Positions 1 through 9,541 of a stretch of DNA of 64,000 nt are shown here, one piece after another; positions within the stretch are counted from its first letter, which is position 1; every line of letters begins with the position of its first letter. Origin of the DNA: a virus (lineage: Duplodnaviria > Caudoviricetes). The stretch covers positions 1 to 64,000 of IMG/VR virus record IMGVR_UViG_2775506840_000002; one strand, given 5' to 3'. A program made the position numbers and the translations under genes. The notes under the pieces were generated by a model. It saw only the letters and a list, made by a program, of their open reading frames with translations. It searched no databases and had not been told where the DNA came from.

Positions 1-819
1 TTAAAATGTATCTGAAACTTCTATAGTCCCTTTTTCTTCATCATAAACCACAAGTATATTTTTAGAATATTCGTCATATCTTAGGTCAAAATATGTCAAA
101 TTTATAAATCCTGTCTCCTTCTTACATTCTATATATATTCCCTCACCAGGTTCTAAATGCATTTTCCCATTAACTACTTCGACCCACCCATCTTGTGTGT
201 CATAGCTTTCTTCTAATAGGTCATCATCACTTTCCCATCTTATATTTAGTGCAGGTTCATTTCCTATATTTTTTATATAAATACTATACCCATCATAGTA
301 TTGCTCATTTAACATATGTACTATTTGTGGGTTTTTATTGCTATCTACAATTTTTTCTGACTCATGCTCGTGGCCTATTGACCTGTTGTTCTGAAAACTG
401 CCTTCTATTTTCTTCACAATTATAAATGGACCAACTGCTCTACTTTTATCATATTTTATTTGATATTTTAATGTATCTTTTTTATCATTCAAAGTATCTC
501 TAACCCAATCTTCATGTTTTCTTTTCATTTCTTCAAGCTTTTGAATAGTATATGTATTGGGTTGATCATCTATTAATTTATGATGTATGCTGCACATTAA
601 TATTAAATTATTATATGTATTTCTTTGTTCTACTGATAAATCTGATTCTCCTCTAGGTCCATTAGTTTCTCTTGCTACAATATGACACTCTTCGCCAATA
701 ATAGATTCATTATCTATTTTTGTCGCATCCATTACCAGTTCATGTCGACATTCTGTGAAATTACATCTGTTCGCAGATTTACCCCATAGCATTTTTCTTG
801 TTTTTATTGTTATAGACAT
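1..819 (-). CDS. HNH endonuclease-domain cargo protein with unknown C-terminal domain
   Basis: N-terminal RCNFTECR...ECHIVA...NLILMCSIHHKLID HNH/Zn motif. Confidence 0.75.
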   Translation of the reverse strand: MSITIKTRKMLWGKSANRCNFTECRHELVMDATKIDNESIIGEECHIVARETNGPRGESDLSVEQRNTYNNLILMCSIHHKLIDDQPNTYTIQKLEEMKRKHEDWVRDTLNDKKDTLKYQIKYDKSRAVGPFIIVKKIEGSFQNNRSIGHEHESEKIVDSNKNPQIVHMLNEQYYDGYSIYIKNIGNEPALNIRWESDDDLLEESYDTQDGWVEVVNGKMHLEPGEGIYIECKKETGFINLTYFDLRYDEYSKNILVVYDEEKGTIEVSDTF

Positions 820-1078
820 CAGTTATCCCTCCATAATATAATAGAAAAATTATATCACAGTATATATTATTTTATTATATTTATTTTCTTTTATCATTAC
901 TTCTTGATAAAATCATCATTTGAACAAAAAAATAGAAGTAGAGCCAACGCTCTACCAATCAACTATTTGTTAATCCTGGTATATCATACAGAAGGGGCTA
1001 TCTAGCCTGTTAGTATAATCGTTTTATTGCTAAGGAGTTGCATTACACCCATACACCATAACAAATTGGTTTTAGCAA

Positions 1079-2230
1079 CTACTTATCTCCACGCAGAGTA
1101 ACAATTGTTGCGTCACTCAAATACATATAGTATGTAAAGTTAGTATCTTCACATATTGCCATTGCCATTTCATATTGATAATCATGTCGCACAGTAGCAT
1201 ATTTTCGATATTGAAGCTCGTGCTCATCCTCTAGTTTAAACACTTCCGAATCCATAGGTTTCATTATTCCAATGATGCTCTGCGTTACTTTGTCTTTAAG
1301 CATGATTATAGGGTAGCCTGAGTTATAACATTTAATGCGTTTGTCATCGGGGTTATCCATTCTATCATAGCAAAGCATCACATGGTATTCATCTTGGATA
1401 CTTGTAGGGTCAACCTCTATGAAGTAGTAGTGGTTCTTAGGAGAACGGAATGCCCGAGCATCCTCCTTCGTTTCAAATACCATGTATGTGTTAGGATTGT
1501 AAATCCTATGAGTCACATACTTGCAGTCATTTGATAAGTAATATTCTTCAATAAACTCACGTGAATCTGAAAGCAATTGTTTACAAAAATCTAAACTTCT
1601 TTTTAAAACTTTCAAAGCATCTTCCTTTATATGCGTACGGCTATCCTTGGTAAATGACGGTATAGAAACACTTCCCGTAGCTGAAAGAATGTCGAAGCGA
1701 TTATCCACATAAATCTGATACCTATGTTTAAGTATGTTATTAAAATCTGCAATATAACCATATTGCGAATCAGATGGTAAACCTTTAAGTGTCTCTAAAA
1801 AGGTTCCTGTATATTCGGGACACGTGCCTATCTTTTGTACTAGCTTGGATAATGTGACACCCTTAATCAACAGGGCATTTTCACCTAGTAAAGCCGAATT
1901 TAACCACTGTGCATAGGTATCAAAAAAGTTATGCAATAACCCCAGTATCTCCATTGTTAGTTTGTCCATAAGGGAGGTAACGCGCATCTCTACACCTAAA
2001 TAGTCAACAGTATTTGTATGTGCTGAATATTTCCCCACCCCAGTTTGTATAGCATCGGAGTATACCTTTGCAACCCTTTCAGCTTCATCTGTCTGGTAGT
2101 TCTCAACTATGTTTTGAAGTGCCTGTAAACTTGTCTCGGCAAAGTATAACTTGTAGTCACATGAGGTATAGAACTGGTATGAATCGGCTACCTTCTTATC
2201 TTTTAATAGTTTTAAAAGCGTATCTGACAT
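1079..2230 (-). CDS. Cargo protein, probable HEPN-like (Cthe_2314-type) N-terminal domain
   Basis: Helical domain with ...FFDTYAQWLN... and NNILKHR motif; lies distal to the endolysin. Confidence 0.5.
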   Translation of the reverse strand: MSDTLLKLLKDKKVADSYQFYTSCDYKLYFAETSLQALQNIVENYQTDEAERVAKVYSDAIQTGVGKYSAHTNTVDYLGVEMRVTSLMDKLTMEILGLLHNFFDTYAQWLNSALLGENALLIKGVTLSKLVQKIGTCPEYTGTFLETLKGLPSDSQYGYIADFNNILKHRYQIYVDNRFDILSATGSVSIPSFTKDSRTHIKEDALKVLKRSLDFCKQLLSDSREFIEEYYLSNDCKYVTHRIYNPNTYMVFETKEDARAFRSPKNHYYFIEVDPTSIQDEYHVMLCYDRMDNPDDKRIKCYNSGYPIIMLKDKVTQSIIGIMKPMDSEVFKLEDEHELQYRKYATVRHDYQYEMAMAICEDTNFTYYMYLSDATIVTLRGDK

Positions 2231-2354
2231 ATATTTTCCCCTCAAATTCTAATTTATCGATCTTACAAATATCTATTTTTCTTATTTTAACTTTATCATA
2301 TTTTTATAATTAAATCAGTATTTGAACAAAAAAATAAAAGGTAGAGCCTAAGCC

Positions 2355-3050
2355 CTACCTACACCTACTCCCATATTTAATTAAGAGACTTCTTACATGA
2401 CTTACATTGTATTTACCTGTGGTCCACAATGTTGCATCTGAAATAACGACCTCCTTGACAAGCTTATCTATTCCACCTAGCTTATTTAACAGTGCTGGTA
2501 CATTTTTAAGATTGATTCTATCTAGCCTATTCCAACTTGCATCATTAATCTGTATTCCACTATCAATGATCTTCGTCACTGCTTTTTTCAGTTCTCCATC
2601 TTCTTTCATAACTGGCTCTTTCCAACCTTTAGGCACTTGAACATGTGGTGAGTCTCCAAAAGCTCCTCCCCATTCTAATCCTAAGTCAGATACAATCTTT
2701 CCACACTTATTAAAGAAAGCTTTATCACTATACTCTTGGCCTTTTACATTCTTACAGAAGTCAAAAGCCATACCATCTAAGTGATTACTATCCAAAGTCC
2801 ATGTAACTTGCTTCTCTGATGGATTAGCATATTTCTCAGCAAATGTTGCAGGTACCCCCATAGCTTTTGCCTGTGCTACTGTTCTACCTTGGCATGCTAA
2901 ATAATATTGTCTTTCTTTAGTTCTTAATGTCTCTACTATGAGCACATTTAACTTTTGCCTCTCGCATTCTTCCATAAAAAGAGCACAAGCCTTTTGAGCC
3001 TGTGCTGATAATTTCTTTACATCCCTACATTGTTTTATTAAATCACTCAT
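2355..3050 (-). CDS. Endolysin, M15-family L-Ala-D-Glu peptidase
   Basis: ETLRTKERQ, SNHLDGMAFD and EWGG..DSPHVQ motifs. Confidence 0.9.
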   Translation of the reverse strand: MSDLIKQCRDVKKLSAQAQKACALFMEECERQKLNVLIVETLRTKERQYYLACQGRTVAQAKAMGVPATFAEKYANPSEKQVTWTLDSNHLDGMAFDFCKNVKGQEYSDKAFFNKCGKIVSDLGLEWGGAFGDSPHVQVPKGWKEPVMKEDGELKKAVTKIIDSGIQINDASWNRLDRINLKNVPALLNKLGGIDKLVKEVVISDATLWTTGKYNVSHVRSLLIKYGSRCR

Positions 3051-3052
3051 TA

Positions 3053-3301
3053 TTACGCACCTACCTTATCTTGAATTTTATCTACTTTGCTTTCGATAGA
3101 TTCTAACTTTACTGTGTATGTACCAATAATCTCTGCAAACTTCTCATTTGCTGCATTTGCCTTACCTAACTCTGTATAGAGTCTCTCTTTATCATTCAAC
3201 TGGGCTTGATACATTTTCCATATAAATAAGCCACACGCTCCTACCATCGTAATAGGAAACCCCAAACTGCTTACTAATGTCTGAATTACATCTACATCCA
3301 T
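3053..3301 (-). CDS. Holin-like membrane protein
   Basis: One N-terminal TM segment (LGFPITMVGACGLFIW) plus coiled coil, directly upstream of endolysin. Confidence 0.7.
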   Translation of the reverse strand: MDVDVIQTLVSSLGFPITMVGACGLFIWKMYQAQLNDKERLYTELGKANAANEKFAEIIGTYTVKLESIESKVDKIQDKVGA

Positions 3302-3360
3302 ATTTTTTCCTCCTACAGCAAAAAAAAGATGATAACTATTAAGTTAATCATCTTTTTTAC

Positions 3361-3819
3361 TTATTTTTGTCTCACTTCTAGAAAGCTTAAAAACTCCCTC
3401 TCTTTTATACTCTCTATCTCAATTCTATATATAGTATCTCTTAGTATTTTGTTAATATAAATTATCATTTCACCTTCCTCTATACTCTTTCCGCACACCT
3501 GCACTTCTTCAGCATATATAGATAAATAAATAGGTGTACGATGATTCTCCACTCTAATAATAATGTTCTCTCCATTACTCTGATATATTTTAATGCGTTC
3601 ATTAGAATTGCAAGAAACATATATTTTCCTTAGAATATGCAATGAATTTTTAATATTTAATTGTTTAATCTCCAATTTATTAACTTGTTTAATCTCTATA
3701 CTTCCTTCTTTAATAAAATCTCCTAAGTTATTTATATAGTCAGAATCTCTAATTTTAAACTTCTTATAAAAATAACTCAAATATGCTATTACTTTTGTTA
3801 CCATTACCTTAGTGCTCAT
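3361..3819 (-). CDS. Hypothetical AT-rich protein inserted between tail and lysis genes
   Basis: 152-aa ORF followed by terminator hairpin at 3320-3358. Confidence 0.5.
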   Translation of the reverse strand: MSTKVMVTKVIAYLSYFYKKFKIRDSDYINNLGDFIKEGSIEIKQVNKLEIKQLNIKNSLHILRKIYVSCNSNERIKIYQSNGENIIIRVENHRTPIYLSIYAEEVQVCGKSIEEGEMIIYINKILRDTIYRIEIESIKEREFLSFLEVRQK

Positions 3820-3993
3820 TAAATTTTTTTCCTTTTATCTCCTAAAATATTTTTCTAAAAATAATAGCATATTTTCTGTAGATTTATGTAGTTTTGTAGC
3901 TAATAATAACGTTTTTTGTAATGAATAACAATTATTATAAACTACTGTCTATTCATTTTCCATTCTTATTCTCCATCCACTCAGCTCATTCTT

Positions 3994-4212
3994 TTATTCT
4001 ATTAACCCAAGTTTCTTTTTGACTTCTTCTTGATACTTCTCTGGAATAACTTTTTTCCCTATTCCTTCTAACTGCCATTCATAATCAGCAATAAGGACTA
4101 CACAGATTTCTGTTTGTTGTGCAGCTGGACACTTTTCTACTTTCTTTCTTCCTGCATCTACTAATCTTGCATTTGCTCTTACTTGTACTGGATATTGTAC
4201 TGTATCAATCAT
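3994..4212 (-). CDS. Small phage protein (XkdX/CD1375-like)
   Basis: ARLVDAGRKKVEKCP and IPEKYQEEVKKKL motifs; position after fibre genes. Confidence 0.55.
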   Translation of the reverse strand: MIDTVQYPVQVRANARLVDAGRKKVEKCPAAQQTEICVVLIADYEWQLEGIGKKVIPEKYQEEVKKKLGLIE

Positions 4213-4244
4213 TGTGATACCTCCTTTAAATTATTTTATTTATC

Positions 4245-4652
4245 TCAGGCCTTTTGGCTTAATAATTGATTAAGTTTCTCATCTATAGAAGTTAATAGTT
4301 CCATAAGTAATAACGAATCGTTACCTGCAGTTGTTACCTTCCCATTTGTATCTAAACCCAGCTCCACGCTCATTAGGCTATCCTCTCCACTTTGTAGGCA
4401 TAACCCATGAGTTCTTTCAATAATCTCTTTCTCCGTTAATGGCCTCTTACAGAGTTTCTCTAAGGTCACACCTTGTGATTCTTCGTGATATACCAATCTA
4501 TACATATAGTCGTCTTGTGGGACTATAGGAATAACTATATCATCAGGAACTCTAATACATCTTGGATCATCCATATACGCTTCAAGACTTTTTACCGAAT
4601 TATCACTGTGTGACCATAATACTGTGTTCTCATCACTTACATAAATAATCAT
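4245..4652 (-). CDS. Hypothetical tail-fibre-associated protein
   Basis: Overlaps the stop of the fibre gene; synteny. Confidence 0.55.
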   Translation of the reverse strand: MIIYVSDENTVLWSHSDNSVKSLEAYMDDPRCIRVPDDIVIPIVPQDDYMYRLVYHEESQGVTLEKLCKRPLTEKEIIERTHGLCLQSGEDSLMSVELGLDTNGKVTTAGNDSLLLMELLTSIDEKLNQLLSQKA

Positions 4653-5521
4653 AGTACAACCTCCGTTCCTAAAATTTTAAGTGTAGCTGTTCCTACATAC
4701 CATCCTGAGAAATATAAACATTGTCCCTCATGTACATACATATCAAATATACAGTTTTTATTATTATTCACCGCTTTGTGACCAATCTCCATAACGGTTT
4801 TCATAGTCATGTACGTTGGTGAACCTATGTTATGTATATTAGTATTTAAAAGAAGCCCTTCCCAACTTGTATAAGAGCTATTTATTCCATGACTAGATGA
4901 TAGTGTAGCCTGTACATCTGGATTGGTGTAAACAGTAATTCTTGAATTATCTGTACCATTTGTAGTTAGGAAACAAACTCTAATTACACCTGACCTTTTA
5001 GCAATAAATCTTCCCATGTAGCTCTGAGCACCATTGCTAAAAGCATAAGCTGTACATAAGGTAGCTAACACATTGCTTGCATGTGGTTGATACACTTTTA
5101 GTCCACTTGTCTCTGCTGTAATATGATTTTTAATAACATCTCTAGCTGAATTTACTGCAGTAGTAATATTTGTCTGAGTTGTACTCATACTTTGATTAAG
5201 ATTATCTAATTTAGCACCTCTAGCATCTGTCCAAACACTTTTTTGTGGCAGTCCATTAATGACATTTAAAATAGCTGTTTTAGCAGAATTAATCCATTCA
5301 TTAATCAAAGTATTAAGCGGTTTAGAAGTATCTGCATTAACTCTTTCGTTGACAACCCGTCTAACATCACCCGAAACATCTATACCCGTTATTTTCTGAT
5401 CTATACTTTTAATTTTTTCTTCTGCACTCGTTCCATCATCCATAAATACAACGTCTGCAGATGTATGAGGATGAAGCACATCTCCATTATCAGCCTGAAG
5501 TTCTCCTTTTAATTTAGCCAT
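4649..5521 (-). CDS. Distal tail fibre / receptor-binding protein
   Basis: N-terminal HPHTSADVVF motif shared with 54348..55316; beta-rich C-terminus. Confidence 0.7.
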   Translation of the reverse strand: MAKLKGELQADNGDVLHPHTSADVVFMDDGTSAEEKIKSIDQKITGIDVSGDVRRVVNERVNADTSKPLNTLINEWINSAKTAILNVINGLPQKSVWTDARGAKLDNLNQSMSTTQTNITTAVNSARDVIKNHITAETSGLKVYQPHASNVLATLCTAYAFSNGAQSYMGRFIAKRSGVIRVCFLTTNGTDNSRITVYTNPDVQATLSSSHGINSSYTSWEGLLLNTNIHNIGSPTYMTMKTVMEIGHKAVNNNKNCIFDMYVHEGQCLYFSGWYVGTATLKILGTEVVL

Positions 5522-5531
5522 GTCATGCCTC

Positions 5532-6128
5532 CTATTCTATTACTTTAAAAAATAGTTTTCTTGGTACTGCATTGGATGTAGTTGTCCCAACTTTAATGCC
5601 ATCACCTGGATCACCTTTAGGCCCCTGTGGTCCTGTTGCCCCCTTTGCACCTGCTGGCCCTTGCGGCCCCGTTGCTCCTGTTTCTCCCCTTGGACCTTGT
5701 GGCCCTGTGGCACCTGTCGCTCCTACTGGTCCCTGTGCTCCAGTTGTTCCTCTAAAGTTTCCTCTTTTAGTCCAAGTTGTAGATGCTGTTTTTTCAAATA
5801 CATCTCCATTAGATGTGTTTAGTGCCCAATCTCCTACTACACCTAATGATGTATCTGGTGTCCCAGTAACATTATGCATTCTAGATCCTGCAACTCCAGC
5901 TGGACCCTGTGGGCCTGTGGCTCCTATAGGACCTTGTGGACCAACTGCTCCCGTTGCACCTTTGGGCCCTGTTAATTTACCTCTATCTAGCTTTTGTTGA
6001 AAGGTTTCTCCATCTGAAAATGTAACAGCATCTGCAGATGTTAATACATCCACTTCTTCGATAACTGCACTTGTATTTTCATCTAATAATTGTACTCTTA
6101 CCTTTTTTAATGCTGACATATTGTTCAC
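5532..6128 (-). CDS. Collagen-like tail fibre connector
   Basis: Gly-X-Y repeats; homologue at 55328..55918. Confidence 0.85.
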   Translation of the reverse strand: MNNMSALKKVRVQLLDENTSAVIEEVDVLTSADAVTFSDGETFQQKLDRGKLTGPKGATGAVGPQGPIGATGPQGPAGVAGSRMHNVTGTPDTSLGVVGDWALNTSNGDVFEKTASTTWTKRGNFRGTTGAQGPVGATGATGPQGPRGETGATGPQGPAGAKGATGPQGPKGDPGDGIKVGTTTSNAVPRKLFFKVIE

Positions 6129-6131
6129 TCC

Positions 6132-6812
6132 TTATTCTTTTATTTCAATCCCCATATTAGGGCTTACTTTTATAATGCCATTGCTACTTCCACCACTTTG
6201 TCTACTTGTAACTTTAAAATACATCTTCCCCTTTACTCTATCTTGAATAGGAATATCTGAACCTTCTGGTATAACATATGGACTAGATAAATTCTTGATT
6301 TGATTGATTAACTCAGGGTGTGCGACTGGATTAATATTATGATTCTCAATGTCTTCTATAGTTGCATATACTAAACTTTGATTAATTGTGGCACTCACAT
6401 TTATGGCATTTCCTATAATCGTTTCAATAGCCACAAACTTTTCTAATATTTGACTACCACCACTAGAGGGAATATATTCAGCTAATGCTCCTGCATTACC
6501 ATAGCAATAGAGTATTTCTCCTAAGTCTGGATCTGTTGCATAAAGCCCTAACTCTCTCCAATAAAACCCCGTGTCAATGTCCTGATTCGTAAAGGTACCA
6601 CCTATACTTGCAATACCTCCAGTGAGTACTTTTATGTTTGATATAGGAATATCTAGTTTTTTACTTTTTAAATCTGTCAATTCTAAAATAGATTGACTCC
6701 CTAGTTCACCATCACCTATGGCAAGCTTAGTAAAGTTAAGTTTCGTACCAACTTGTGCCTTTGATTGCAGCACCTTTCCTCTTGTTGTAAAATCTACACT
6801 TCCAAAAGCCAT
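6132..6812 (-). CDS. Proximal tail fibre / tail-collar protein
   Basis: TTRGKVLQSKAQ..FTKLAIGDG and GFYWRELGLYATDPDLGEILYCY motifs; follows gpI. Confidence 0.8.
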   Translation of the reverse strand: MAFGSVDFTTRGKVLQSKAQVGTKLNFTKLAIGDGELGSQSILELTDLKSKKLDIPISNIKVLTGGIASIGGTFTNQDIDTGFYWRELGLYATDPDLGEILYCYGNAGALAEYIPSSGGSQILEKFVAIETIIGNAINVSATINQSLVYATIEDIENHNINPVAHPELINQIKNLSSPYVIPEGSDIPIQDRVKGKMYFKVTSRQSGGSSNGIIKVSPNMGIEIKE

Positions 6813-6813
6813 T

Positions 6814-7368
6814 TCATCCCTCCTGTCTAATGATTATTTTGTCACCTGTATGTACTATAAACCCATAATAAAGATTTAGATTTGCACTCATCATCACTAA
6901 TACTTCATGAAGTCGTGTACTTTTCCTTTTTACTGCTTCTACTGCTTTATGAAATTGCTCTGCAAGTTCTCCTGTTACTTTCGTATTGGTTGTAAGTACT
7001 CTAAAATGATAAGGTTGTCCATCATACTCATACCATTCTTCTATTTGGCCATCTCCAAAATAGTCTGCTATAACTTGCTCTATAGCATAATTAGTACCAA
7101 GTGTTCTGAATACCTTATTGCAATTTCTAATTATATTTCTCTTGATATCTGCATTCGCATTAGCATCATACCAAAATATATTTCTTTCTATTGCAATGGT
7201 ATCTAATACTTCTTCTGGTAAGTCCTCTAGTTGTGTCCTTATTAAACTTCTACCGGTATCTATTTCATTTAATATCTCTGTTAGTACTAAACTCATTGCC
7301 TGTGTTGTCTTATCCTGCTTCATTGCTGATGTTTGCAATGTGAGTACATTAACATTACCTAGTTCCAT
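6814..7368 (-). CDS. Tail protein I (P2 gpI-like)
   Basis: GTNYAIEQVI..IEEWYEYDGQPYHFRV motif. Confidence 0.85.
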   Translation of the reverse strand: MELGNVNVLTLQTSAMKQDKTTQAMSLVLTEILNEIDTGRSLIRTQLEDLPEEVLDTIAIERNIFWYDANANADIKRNIIRNCNKVFRTLGTNYAIEQVIADYFGDGQIEEWYEYDGQPYHFRVLTTNTKVTGELAEQFHKAVEAVKRKSTRLHEVLVMMSANLNLYYGFIVHTGDKIIIRQEG

Positions 7369-7372
7369 TAAA

Positions 7373-8485
7373 TCATCCTTTCAATCCTCCATAAATAATA
7401 CTTTTAGTCGTCACTTTAGGAACTTGTGTCTCTTGAATTTCTGTATATATAGGTGATGTAATATCAACTTTATATGCTCCTGCATTTAAAATAAGTTGTT
7501 TTAGATAATCTGGATTAACTGATCTGCCTATTTTAGAATCCTGCCACTTAATATATTCATTTACAGACTCAACAACCTTAGCCTTTATAATGTTTTCACT
7601 TGCTGCATTATCTAAAGCAATGTAATAAGTTAAAGAAATACTATATTCTGATACTGTAGGCGCTGCTACACTCACTTTATCAGTCATTGGTCTTGCCTTT
7701 TTGCTATTACAAGCATTCTTTATTCTTTCTATAATAGCTTCTGATGGCAACTGGCCATTTTTCATTAGTGCTGTTATTAGTATTTCTCCTGGTCTAGGAG
7801 AAGTTACTATAACATCATCAATATCTGTATCTGCACTTTTAGCATGATAGATATAACCTAACTCATGTCCTGCTGTAGATATTTTAGCTGCTGCTAATCG
7901 AATTCTTTCTCTATAACCACTCCAAATATCTACTCCATTATCATCCTCTTCCTCTTCTGATCCACCACTGCTAGTTGTAATATTTGATACGCTCCCAACA
8001 AAAGGAATCATATCAACCAATGTCTTTATCTGTCCTGGTGCAAACCCATTATGATTCACTCCTGCTACAGTTGCCACTACATCTACTTCTAATGATGCAG
8101 TATTCGCGCTAATAAACGTATCAGAAAGAGTTTCAAAGAATAACAACCCATCTGGTGTAACTCTAGTTCCTTTAGGAATATGAACTGTCTGCATTTGAGC
8201 ACTAGATAATCTAAATTCTACTCTACACATTGCCTTTTGAGCTTGTAAGCGTTTTGTATCATATTCTATTCCTATAGCATCAAGAACTTGTCCTTTAGCA
8301 TAGGTAAGTAAGTTTTGTTTAGCACTTTCATTAATTGCATTATAGATACCAACTATAAGCTGTACTTCTTGCTCTAAAAAGATACGTCTTTCATCTCCTG
8401 GATAAAGTACTTCTCCTAATGCTTGTTGAAACTGCACTAGTATTTCATTATATAATTGTTTTGCATCTACTTTTACAAAATTCAA
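7373..8485 (-). CDS. Baseplate J/gp47 protein
   Basis: QNLLTYAKGQVLDAIG, GGSEEE, STAG..GY and RPMTDKV motifs. Confidence 0.9.
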   Translation of the reverse strand: MNFVKVDAKQLYNEILVQFQQALGEVLYPGDERRIFLEQEVQLIVGIYNAINESAKQNLLTYAKGQVLDAIGIEYDTKRLQAQKAMCRVEFRLSSAQMQTVHIPKGTRVTPDGLLFFETLSDTFISANTASLEVDVVATVAGVNHNGFAPGQIKTLVDMIPFVGSVSNITTSSGGSEEEEDDNGVDIWSGYRERIRLAAAKISTAGHELGYIYHAKSADTDIDDVIVTSPRPGEILITALMKNGQLPSEAIIERIKNACNSKKARPMTDKVSVAAPTVSEYSISLTYYIALDNAASENIIKAKVVESVNEYIKWQDSKIGRSVNPDYLKQLILNAGAYKVDITSPIYTEIQETQVPKVTTKSIIYGGLKG

Positions 8486-8796
8486 ATCTCAACCACCACC
8501 TTAAAAGCCATATGTCCCTCTTCATCAATACTTATAAATTTAACACTCTTTATCACTACATCTTCTTCATATGTCTCAATCATTCGATATACTTCTGATA
8601 TGTAAAGCGCAATAGCTTCATCTTTAGGTAAATCTAATATTGATGGATCTAATCCTTTAGTCCTATCATAAGCTACCTCATATCTCCATGTATTGAGTAG
8701 TGTTCTTATATTTTGTAGTTTTCTCTCTACACCCTTTGCATTCCAATTTAAATCATTTCTTTGTAATGTATCTATCTCATATAACAACTTTCTCAC
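8482..8796 (-). CDS. Baseplate wedge gpW/gp25-like protein
   Basis: LQNIRTLLNT..EVAYDRTKG motif; synteny. Confidence 0.75.
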   Translation of the reverse strand: MRKLLYEIDTLQRNDLNWNAKGVERKLQNIRTLLNTWRYEVAYDRTKGLDPSILDLPKDEAIALYISEVYRMIETYEEDVVIKSVKFISIDEEGHMAFKVVVEI

Positions 8797-8799
8797 ACC

Positions 8800-9339
8800 C
8801 TATTTAATTCTATTTAAATCTGCTTTTTGAGATGGACTAAGAACGTTATAAACAGACGTAGTATCTTTTTGCTTAGTACTCTTTGAGCTCTTTACAGCTT
8901 TTGTTTTTTTTGACCTCTTTGTACTTTCTTCTTTTTTACTACCAGCCTTAACAAATTCTTCAAATTTTAATGTTAGTGTAGCGCTAAATAAGTTACCAGC
9001 TGCATCAAAGTTTGTTTCATTTACGGAAACATTTTTTAATATCCACTTTGTATTCATAAGTGGCTTTCCTTTTATCAAAAAGGGATATGCTTTAGCTTCA
9101 TCTTTAACCTGCATCCATGATTCTATTTGTTCAAGAGGCTTAATGCCTAATTCTGCTTCTAGCCTAACCTTTATGCTAAAAGAATCAAGCCCAGCACCTT
9201 TGATATAGGTACTAGGCTTCTTATCCTTACTTTCTTGTGTTTCTGTATCTAATCCTGATTCAAGTCCAAACTCATCAAATGTAACTACCTTTTCACTACT
9301 TACTGTAAATCCCTTAGGGCCAAACATTGCTAAATACAT
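8800..9339 (-). CDS. P2 gpU-like tail protein
   Basis: KPSTYIKGAGLDS..W....V.ET...G pattern; synteny. Confidence 0.7.
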   Translation of the reverse strand: MYLAMFGPKGFTVSSEKVVTFDEFGLESGLDTETQESKDKKPSTYIKGAGLDSFSIKVRLEAELGIKPLEQIESWMQVKDEAKAYPFLIKGKPLMNTKWILKNVSVNETNFDAAGNLFSATLTLKFEEFVKAGSKKEESTKRSKKTKAVKSSKSTKQKDTTSVYNVLSPSQKADLNRIK

Positions 9340-9340
9340 T

Positions 9341-9538
9341 CTAGCCCTCCTTTACCTTTGCACTTATTATTCCATCTGTAAATGTATTTCCATAAAATGA
9401 TACTACTACTTTATCATTTGTTTTTAATGGGCCAACGTGCTCTGCAACATCTAATAGATTTGTTAAAAGTCCTTTTTCTCTTATAAATACTTTTGCCTTA
9501 TCATCTTTGATAACCGATATTTCACCTTTTAAATTCAT
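9341..9538 (-). CDS. Small baseplate spike-like (gpV N-terminal OB-fold-like) protein
   Basis: 65 aa between gpD and gpU, with RBS. Confidence 0.5.
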   Translation of the reverse strand: MNLKGEISVIKDDKAKVFIREKGLLTNLLDVAEHVGPLKTNDKVVVSFYGNTFTDGIISAKVKEG

Positions 9539-9541
9539 GAA

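Noticed and set aside
4649-5521. Diversity-generating retroelement or invertase-shuffled fibre
   Set aside because: No reverse transcriptase, adenine-variant TR/VR pair, invertase or inverted tip cassettes seen in the window
5572-6000. Plus-strand Pro/Gly-rich ORF and other antisense ORFs over structural genes
   Set aside because: Shadow frames of real minus-strand genes, without RBS or recognisable domains
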